Assembly: GCA_902617375.1 (NCBI GenBank)
Contig: CACMWI010000003.1
Span: forward strand, 138,092-202,091
Origin: an uncultured Alphaproteobacteria bacterium
Lineage (GTDB): Bacteria > Pseudomonadota > Alphaproteobacteria > Methylaequorales > Methylaequoraceae
Direction of reading: 5' to 3'
Length of the DNA stretch: 64,000 bases
Part shown: positions 57,293 to 64,000 of the stretch, piece after piece
Position numbering within the stretch: the stretch's first letter is position 1
How the letters are laid out: each line of letters starts with the position of its first letter
The notes under the pieces: generated by a model
The model's database searches: none
The model's input: only the letters and a program-made list of their open reading frames with translations
What the model was told of the DNA's origin: nothing
Program-made: the position numbers and the translations under genes

Positions 57293-58306
57293 ATGAACTT
57301 CTTCGCATATCTTTTAGTGTTTTTTTTTTCACTCCATATAAATGCAGGTGAAATCAATTTATATACTACAAGACATTATGATTCAGATATTAAACTTTAC
57401 GAGGAGTTCACTAAACAAACTGGTATTAATGTCAACATAATCTCTGGAAAAGCAAAACCACTTGAAAAGAGAATATTAGAGGAAGGAAAATCTTGCAAAG
57501 GAGATTTGTTTTTTTTGGCTGACGCCGGAAGACTTTATTCCGCTGAAAAAAATGGCGTTTTTAAAAAAGTTAGTTCAAAAGTTTTGGAAAAAAAAATACC
57601 AGCTCATTTCAGGTCTGATTATTGGTTTGGAATAACAAAAAGAGCTAGGATTATTTTCTACAACCCAAAAATAATATCCTCAGAGGATTTGGTTAATTTA
57701 AGTTACGAGGATCTCACAGACAATAGATTTAATAAATCTATTGCAATAAGACAGTCAAATAATGTCTATAACCAGTCTCTAATCGCATCCATGATAGAAA
57801 ATCATGGGTTGGAGTATACTAGAGGTTGGACAAAGAAATTTGTTAAAAATTTTTCTAGAAGACCCAAAGGTAACGATAGAGCTCAGATCTTATCAGTTGC
57901 CTCAAGTGAGTCCAAACTTGCTATAGCGAATACCTATTATTATGCATTAATGTTGTCTGGAAAAAAAGGTAAGGAGCAAAAAGAAGCAGCAAAAAAAGTT
58001 CGTCCATTTTTTCCAAATCAACAAAACAGAGGGACACATATGAATATTTCCGGAATTGGAGTATTAAAACATTCACCAAATCCCAGTAATGCAATAAAAT
58101 TTATTGAATTTTTACTTACTCACAAAGCTCAAGAACACATGGTAAATACTACTTTTGAGTATCCAATGATAGAATCAGTAGATCCTCCTTCTTTGATAAC
58201 CAAAATGGTAGGTAGTTTCAAACAAGATAATATTACTAATGTTTCTTCTTATGGAAAATGGCAAACAGATGCCTTTAAAATAATGCAAGAAGCTGGTTGG
58301 AATTAA
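57293..58306 (+). CDS. Fe(III) ABC transporter substrate-binding protein (FutA/SfuA/FbpA type)
   Basis: YTTRHY, ADAGRL, RARII.Y, YNQSL, KGNDRAQI and ANTYYY motifs. Confidence 0.93.
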   Translation: MNFFAYLLVFFFSLHINAGEINLYTTRHYDSDIKLYEEFTKQTGINVNIISGKAKPLEKRILEEGKSCKGDLFFLADAGRLYSAEKNGVFKKVSSKVLEKKIPAHFRSDYWFGITKRARIIFYNPKIISSEDLVNLSYEDLTDNRFNKSIAIRQSNNVYNQSLIASMIENHGLEYTRGWTKKFVKNFSRRPKGNDRAQILSVASSESKLAIANTYYYALMLSGKKGKEQKEAAKKVRPFFPNQQNRGTHMNISGIGVLKHSPNPSNAIKFIEFLLTHKAQEHMVNTTFEYPMIESVDPPSLITKMVGSFKQDNITNVSSYGKWQTDAFKIMQEAGWN

Positions 58307-58313
58307 TTAGGTT

Positions 58314-59930
58314 TTGACAAAAATTACTCGACCATTTTACTCAACAAATTTTACTTTCTACATAATATTTAGCATATCAATTATTTCACTCATACCCCTT
58401 TTTACTATAATTATTAACTCTTCGATCATTGACTTTGATTTCACATTATTTAAAAATTCACAATTTTTAGAATATACAAAAAACTCATTAATAATTCTTT
58501 TCTTTGTTTTATTTCTTACATTTGTCTTCGGAGTAATTCCTGCCTACTTAGTTACTTTCTACAATTTTGTTGGAGTAAAGTTCTTTGAATATTCATTAAT
58601 TCTGTCATTCGCAATTCCTCCGTATATTTTCGGTTATTCTTTAAGTGCATTTTTTGAGAATTTTGGTAGCGGTTACACGCTCATCAACCTTATTTGGAAT
58701 ACAAATAATGCTAACTCATATTTACCAAACTTTTCTCCAATAGTTAATTCAGTATTATCCTTATCTTTCACACTTTATGGATATGTTTATCTACTTTCAA
58801 GAACTTCATTTGTAGGTCAATCTGTAAATCTTTTAGATCTTGGAAAAAGTTTAGGTTTTAGTTCATATCAGAGATTTTTTAAAATTATTTTACCTTGTGC
58901 GAGACCTGGAATTTTCATAGGTCTAAGTTTAGTTGCTATGGAAACATTATCAGATTTTGGAACAGTTTCATACTTTGGTGTTTCAACCTTTACAACAGAA
59001 ATATACAACTCGTGGTTTATTTTTGATGATTTGAATACGTCTAACTTTTTATCCCTATTACTCTTAATTTTTGTGCTCTTTTTTTTTATAGTCGAGAGTC
59101 TTTTAAGAAAAGATTCAAGGTTTCACTCACTTAAAAATGAAGGTAAAAGAAAAAAACAAGCCTTAAAAGGCACAAAAAATTTTTTGGCAACAGCTTTTTG
59201 CTTATGTTTATTTTTCTTTAGCTTTGTTTTTCCTTTTTCTCAAATGTTGTACTGGTCGATAAAATTTCCCGAGTATTTAGCAAACTTTGAAATTTTAAAA
59301 CTTAATCTAAATACTTTTTTACTAATCTTTTTCACATCCTTTTTTTTAATATCAGTCGCAATTTTTACAAATTTTGGAAATAGAGTCTTAAAAAATCGAT
59401 TTTTAAGTTTTTTCAGCAGTCTTTCAATTTCTGGTTATGCTATTCCTGGTATCATTATTTCAGTATCTATTATAAGTTTTTTTTCATTAATAAGCTCATT
59501 CATAAATTTTGATTTAAAAACAATATTCATTGGATCATTTTATGGATTAATTTTGGGTTATTTTTTTAGATTTTACTCAATTGCCTATAATGGTATAAAA
59601 TCTAATTTCCTTAAAATAAATTATTCATTAGATGAATCTTCTTATTTAATGGGGTTTGATAAATTTAAAACATTCTCAATAGTTCATTGGCCAATTTTAA
59701 ACAAAAATATTTTTTTTATTTTTATTCTGATTGCTATTGAGATAATTAAAGAACTCCCAATAACTTTGATTTTAAGACCTTTCAATTTTGAAACTTTCTC
59801 AACCCGTGCTTATAATTTTGCAACTCAAGATTTGATTGAGGCCACTGCGATACCGTCTATGTTTTTAATTTTCTGGGCAAGTATCTTTATTCTAATTTCA
59901 TTTAAATACTTTTTTCAAGATAATAAATGA
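58314..59930 (+). CDS. Fe(III) ABC transporter permease (FbpB type)
   Basis: Duplicated TM domains; METLSDFGTV.YFGV.TFT and KELP.TLILRPFNFET motifs. Confidence 0.92.
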   Translation: MTKITRPFYSTNFTFYIIFSISIISLIPLFTIIINSSIIDFDFTLFKNSQFLEYTKNSLIILFFVLFLTFVFGVIPAYLVTFYNFVGVKFFEYSLILSFAIPPYIFGYSLSAFFENFGSGYTLINLIWNTNNANSYLPNFSPIVNSVLSLSFTLYGYVYLLSRTSFVGQSVNLLDLGKSLGFSSYQRFFKIILPCARPGIFIGLSLVAMETLSDFGTVSYFGVSTFTTEIYNSWFIFDDLNTSNFLSLLLLIFVLFFFIVESLLRKDSRFHSLKNEGKRKKQALKGTKNFLATAFCLCLFFFSFVFPFSQMLYWSIKFPEYLANFEILKLNLNTFLLIFFTSFFLISVAIFTNFGNRVLKNRFLSFFSSLSISGYAIPGIIISVSIISFFSLISSFINFDLKTIFIGSFYGLILGYFFRFYSIAYNGIKSNFLKINYSLDESSYLMGFDKFKTFSIVHWPILNKNIFFIFILIAIEIIKELPITLILRPFNFETFSTRAYNFATQDLIEATAIPSMFLIFWASIFILISFKYFFQDNK

Positions 59931-59943
59931 ATTATAAGAAATA

Positions 59944-61020
59944 ATGGGAAATTTTTTTGAAGTTCTTGATGCAACATTCTCATCTGGAAATGATCATGAA
60001 ATAAAAAATATAAATTTTGCAATTCCAAAGAAGGGAAATATTGTATGCTTACTAGGACCGTCAGGTGCAGGTAAAACAACTATCCTTAGGACAATTGCTG
60101 GTCTTGAAAAATTAAAATATGGAACCATTAGTCTTAATGGAAAAATTATATCTTCAAATACCCTGTCGATAAGTCCAGATAAGAGAAACATAGCACTTTC
60201 GTTTCAGGATAATTGTTTGTTTCCTCACAAAAACGTCTATCAAAATATTTTACTTGGATTAGAAAGGAAAAATAGAAAAAAATTTTTATATTCTCCATTA
60301 GAACTTTTAGACTTCTTTAAACTTAAAGAAGTTCAACAAAAGTACCCCCATGAAATTAGTTCTGGCGAGGCTCAAAGAGTTTCTCTAGCCAGATCACTAA
60401 TTTCTTCCCCTGATCTATTATTACTCGATGAACCCTTTGCAAATATTGATCAAATATTAAAAGAGGATTTACAAAAAACTGTAAAAGATATTTTAAAATT
60501 AACAAAAATATCAGCAATTGTTGTAACACATGATCCTAATGAGGCATTTTATTTAGGTGATAAGTGCGGTATCATTATCAACAACGTACTTAAGCAGTTT
60601 GATACACCCTATAATATTTATCACTTTCCAAATTCTCTTGAGGTTGTAAATTTTTTAAAAAGAGGAACCCTTCTTAATGTCAAAATAATCAATAAACAAA
60701 TCCTGAAACATAAGAGCCTTGGAATAATAAATGGTAAATATGGTTGTTCAAATTTAAACCAATTCAATGAGGGTAAAACTGTTAAGTTATTAATTCAACC
60801 AGAAGATTTACTGCACGACGATAAAAGTCAATTGAAATTAAAAATTGTTGATAGGAAGTTTCGTGGAACTAATTTTATCTATACATTAAAAACTCCTGAA
60901 AAGGAACTTATACCTGTACTTGTTGATTCTCATCATCAACATTTACATGAAAATGATGAGGAGTTTGGAATAAAAACTCCAATCAATATAGATCATTTAG
61001 TTTGTTTTGAAAAAAAATAA
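59944..61020 (+). CDS. Fe(III) ABC transporter ATP-binding protein (FbpC type)
   Basis: GPSGAGKTT, SSGEAQR, LLLDEPF and VTHD motifs; C-terminal OB/TOBE-like region. Confidence 0.92.
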   Translation: MGNFFEVLDATFSSGNDHEIKNINFAIPKKGNIVCLLGPSGAGKTTILRTIAGLEKLKYGTISLNGKIISSNTLSISPDKRNIALSFQDNCLFPHKNVYQNILLGLERKNRKKFLYSPLELLDFFKLKEVQQKYPHEISSGEAQRVSLARSLISSPDLLLLDEPFANIDQILKEDLQKTVKDILKLTKISAIVVTHDPNEAFYLGDKCGIIINNVLKQFDTPYNIYHFPNSLEVVNFLKRGTLLNVKIINKQILKHKSLGIINGKYGCSNLNQFNEGKTVKLLIQPEDLLHDDKSQLKLKIVDRKFRGTNFIYTLKTPEKELIPVLVDSHHQHLHENDEEFGIKTPINIDHLVCFEKK

Positions 61021-61064
61021 TTACAAACTCTTTACATTTTTTTTTAAAAAATTATTGTATTTTT

Positions 61065-61268
61065 ATGGATGATGAAAAAATTAATATTTCTGTAAGAAAA
61101 TTTTTAAAAAACGTTGGGATTACTTCTCAAAGAAAAATTGAAGAAAAGATTAGAGATAAATTTAAATCTGGTGAAATAAAAGGTATCAATAAGATAAAAG
61201 TCAAAGCTACTATAACCTCAGATACACTTGAGCTTAATGAATCTATTGATGGTGAAATAGAAACTTAA
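61065..61268 (+). CDS. Small conserved protein (DUF6494-like)
   Basis: N.SVRKFLK.VGITSQRKIE motif recognised. Confidence 0.7.
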   Translation: MDDEKINISVRKFLKNVGITSQRKIEEKIRDKFKSGEIKGINKIKVKATITSDTLELNESIDGEIET

Positions 61269-61270
61269 AA

Positions 61271-61498
61271 TTGGGCGAACAAAACAACATAAAAAAAGAT
61301 AGTACTTTCGACTTTTGTGATAAAGAATTTAAATCTTTTAAAGAGGATGTCCTTTGTTCACAAGATGATTTACACAAATCAATGCAGGACAACTCAGTCG
61401 GTTTTGTTATTTTCTACGTAGTTGCTATTATATTTGTAGCTGCATTGTTCCAACTATCTACAAAAGACTTTTCAAAAAAAGGTAAGAAAAATAAATAA
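61271..61498 (+). CDS. Hypothetical single-TM small protein
   Basis: 75 aa, TTG start 2 nt after the previous stop, two Cys, one TM helix and a basic tail. Confidence 0.5.
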   Translation: MGEQNNIKKDSTFDFCDKEFKSFKEDVLCSQDDLHKSMQDNSVGFVIFYVVAIIFVAALFQLSTKDFSKKGKKNK

Positions 61499-61553
61499 TT
61501 TATTTATTGTACTTTTAGTCTTACTTTTTTGTCACAATATTCTTATCTTTCTA

Positions 61554-61904
61554 ATGTACATGGTATCTGAAATTTTCGATCTTAAAGGACGTTTTATTAC
61601 TAAAGTTTTAAGAACAAAAAAAAATTGTCTTCTTTTTATATTGATCTTCTCAGTTGTTTATATCCTTTCCTCAACACTAGTATTAAATTTTTATGACTTA
61701 AAAAAAATACAAATCTTAAACTTTTTATTTTCTTTTATTATTATTTTTGAAATTTGTTTAAAAATATCTCAATCAGAAAGATTTATTTTATGGATAGGTG
61801 AAAATTTAGATAAATCTTTTAGATTATTTATAATGTTTATAATAGGATTAAATTGTACCTATTTCTATACGAGGTTAACTCTCCAAATAATAGAAAGCTA
61901 TTGA
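61554..61904 (+). CDS. Hypothetical membrane protein
   Basis: 116 aa with about three hydrophobic segments; fills the gap up to tupC. Confidence 0.55.
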   Translation: MYMVSEIFDLKGRFITKVLRTKKNCLLFILIFSVVYILSSTLVLNFYDLKKIQILNFLFSFIIIFEICLKISQSERFILWIGENLDKSFRLFIMFIIGLNCTYFYTRLTLQIIESY

Positions 61905-61908
61905 AAGT

Positions 61909-62613
61909 TTAATAGATAACTCCCTCTTTCAAAAACTTTTGAATCAACTTATTTTTTGATTTAAGGAATTTATTTTTTGTAGAAACTTCAATTATCTCTC
62001 CATCATTAATAAATAAAATCTCATCAGCTAACCTTTTCGCTTGGAATAAGTCATGCGTAACCATAATAATTTTGATTCTATTTCTTTCTTTAATTAAAAA
62101 GTTTTCTACTTTTTTTGTGAATCGCATATCAAGATTAGAACTTGGTTCATCCAAAATCAAAAGATTGGGTTCAGAAACCAATGTTCTAATAAAGGAAAGA
62201 TATTGTTTATTCCCTTCTGAGAGATTTCTAGCCGATATTTTCTTTTTGCTTGAAAATCCAAAATATTTTAATAAAAATTCAATCCTTTTATTTATAATTT
62301 TTTTGTTAAACCCTTTTATTTCAAGAGGATATGCAAGGTTATTGAAAACATTGCGTCTTAAAAAAATTATATTCTGTGAGAGATATCCCGTTTTGGGAAT
62401 TGTTCCATTTAACTTTATTGAAAGCTCTCCGCTTTCTGGTTTTATTAATCCTTTGATAATTTTCGTTAATAAAGTTTTTCCTGAACCATTTGGACCAAGG
62501 ATAATTGTTATACCATTAGTTGAAATGTCTGTTGAAAGATTCTTAAAAAAAGGTTTGTTGTTCACGCCATAATTTATATTTTTAAGTGTTATATGATTTT
62601 CTGAATTAATCAT
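61909..62613 (-). CDS. tupC: Tungstate-type ABC transporter ATP-binding protein
   Basis: GPNGSGKT, LRRNVFNNL, LILDEP and VTHDL.QAKRLADE motifs; overlaps tupB. Confidence 0.8.
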   Translation of the reverse strand: MINSENHITLKNINYGVNNKPFFKNLSTDISTNGITIILGPNGSGKTLLTKIIKGLIKPESGELSIKLNGTIPKTGYLSQNIIFLRRNVFNNLAYPLEIKGFNKKIINKRIEFLLKYFGFSSKKKISARNLSEGNKQYLSFIRTLVSEPNLLILDEPSSNLDMRFTKKVENFLIKERNRIKIIMVTHDLFQAKRLADEILFINDGEIIEVSTKNKFLKSKNKLIQKFLKEGVIY

Positions 62614-63301
62614 AAGAATATTTCCTGGAAATTGTTTTCATTATCATTACTATTGCATTCAAAGAAATAGCAATTATTATCAGAACAATTCCTAGAGACA
62701 TTGCCATTGATAAATTTCCTTTCGAAGTTTCTAAAGCAATTGTTGTCGTCATAACTCTTGTGTAGTGTACGATATTTCCGCCAACAATTATTATAGCTCC
62801 TACCTCAGATAAAGCCCTACCTAAACCTGTTAAAATGCATGTCACAAGTGAAATTCTAGCATCAAAAACTGTTGTTCTAATTCTACTTATTAAATCAACT
62901 TCAAATGTATCGAACATTTCCTTATACTCATCAAACATTTGTTGAAGCAGTTCTGTGCTAACTGAAATAATTATTGGCAAAATTATTATTATCTGAGCAA
63001 TAATCATAATTGACGGAGTATATAAAATGTCTAAAAATCCTAAAGGGCCTGTTTGGGAAAATAAAATATAAAGTAAGAGACCTACAAATACTGGAGGTAA
63101 CGCCATCATTGAATTAAAAAAAATAATTATAGTTTTTTTTCCAGTAAAATTTGTAGATGACAAAACTCCAGCTATGGGCAAACCTAAAAAACATGAAAAA
63201 GTAAGAGCAAAAAGTGATACTTTTAATGAAAGCCAAATGATTTCATATAAGTCAGGATCAAATGAAAAAACTAAATTTAATGATTCTAAAAGAACATCCA
63301 C
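62606..63301 (-). CDS. tupB: Tungstate-type ABC transporter permease
   Basis: LPPVFVGL..Y...S..GPLG and GRALSEVGA.IIVGGNI...TRVMTT.IALETSKG motifs. Confidence 0.9.
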   Translation of the reverse strand: MDVLLESLNLVFSFDPDLYEIIWLSLKVSLFALTFSCFLGLPIAGVLSSTNFTGKKTIIIFFNSMMALPPVFVGLLLYILFSQTGPLGFLDILYTPSIMIIAQIIIILPIIISVSTELLQQMFDEYKEMFDTFEVDLISRIRTTVFDARISLVTCILTGLGRALSEVGAIIIVGGNIVHYTRVMTTTIALETSKGNLSMAMSLGIVLIIIAISLNAIVMIMKTISRKYSYD

Positions 63302-63312
63302 TTAAATGAAAA

Positions 63313-63540
63313 CTAATGTTTCCCAATTATAACTGCTGCAGCAGGAAAAATACAAGTTACTACATTCCCTTTACCAAGTTCCATGTCTTTACATATATCA
63401 ACTGGAACAGCGGCATGAACAAAGCTTCCAGTTAAATTTCCATCTGCGTCAGTTTGTTCGACAGATACCTGAGAGTAACTTGATCCATGGATAACAGAGG
63501 TAACTTTGCCTTTTATTTGATTTTTTGCACTTATTCTCAT
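63313..63540 (-). CDS. TOBE/molbindin (Mop-like) protein
   Basis: MRISAKNQIKGKV matches the Mop SARN motif; LG.G..V near the C-terminus; next to tupB. Confidence 0.8.
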   Translation of the reverse strand: MRISAKNQIKGKVTSVIHGSSYSQVSVEQTDADGNLTGSFVHAAVPVDICKDMELGKGNVVTCIFPAAAVIIGKH

Positions 63541-63576
63541 TTGGGAAAAACCTTTCGTAAATGTTAAATTATTAAT

Positions 63577-64000
63577 TTATTTTTTTTTCCAAAAATAAAC
63601 AAGACCTGAGGCAGAAATATTATGCCAAAGACTAAATAGAGCTGAAGGCAAGGCAACCAGCTTTGTGAAATGCATTAAGGCCAGCGTCATACCTAAGCCA
63701 GAATTTTGCATTGCAACTTCAATTGCAACTGTTTTTTTCACATCCATCGGGAATTTAAAAAAGCTTGCAATAAAGAATCCTAAAAAAAGACCAATCAAAT
63801 TGTGCAAAGCAACGGCAAATAGAATATTCCAAGAAAGATTACTAAAACTATCAATATTAATTGAAAAAATAATTCCGATTATCAAAGCAATAGAAATTTC
63901 TGAAAATAACGGAAAAAACTTCAACAAAGTTTTTTCTTTCTTTCTAATAAAAATTTTCATTAGTATTCCGAACACAACGGGAAGAAAAACAATAAAGAAT
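63577..64000 (-). CDS. Bile acid:sodium symporter (BASS) family protein (3' part; start beyond window)
   Basis: HNLIGL..G, TVAIEVAMQNSGLG and P.ALFS.WHN motifs. Confidence 0.88.
   Translation of the reverse strand, partial: FFIVFLPVVFGILMKIFIRKKEKTLLKFFPLFSEISIALIIGIIFSINIDSFSNLSWNILFAVALHNLIGLFLGFFIASFFKFPMDVKKTVAIEVAMQNSGLGMTLALMHFTKLVALPSALFSLWHNISASGLVYFWKKK

Noticed and set aside
1-64000. CRISPR arrays, prophage, IS elements, defence systems, rRNA, tmRNA and alternative genetic code
   Set aside because: No spaced repeats, nuclease, integrase or transposase ORFs, or long structured RNAs were seen. TGA, TAA and TAG all act as normal stops. The abundant poly-A/T runs reflect AT and Lys/Phe bias.

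Overview
Compact, strongly AT-rich bacterial chromosome segment. Its gene order is typical of Alphaproteobacteria, and the gene content and tiny or overlapping intergenic spaces suggest a streamlined, probably marine, lineage; exact taxonomy cannot be fixed from the window. Most of it is core genome: the 5' part of rpoB with rplL-rplJ-rplA-rplK-nusG-secE; five tRNAs (Trp, Gly, Tyr, Glu, Pro); rplM-rpsI-argC; the glyA-nrdR-rib-nusB-thiL-hppA-bamE-rpmF-plsX-fabH-ihfA-merR block; and dapA-smpB-folK-rpoZ-spoT-pdxJ-lepB-rnc-era-recO. Metabolic modules are a cobalamin-riboswitch-controlled TonB-dependent receptor plus TonB, a PPi-type phosphofructokinase interrupted by an in-frame TAA, a bioF-H-C-D-A cluster without bioB, a serine-cycle-type sgaA-hpr-gck operon, a Fur-boxed Fe(III) ABC transporter, and a tungstate-type TupBC/TOBE unit. 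Regulatory RNAs seen are an L10 leader, a cobalamin riboswitch and a ROSE-like thermometer. I saw no CRISPR array, integrase, transposase, prophage or rRNA. The most notable observations are the serine-pathway operon, the PPi-PFK in the usual glpX position, a MerR gene whose stop codon lies inside tRNA-Pro, divergent start codons 1 bp apart with signs of leaderless transcription, and the bioB-less biotin cluster. All family assignments come from motif recognition; no database searches were run.
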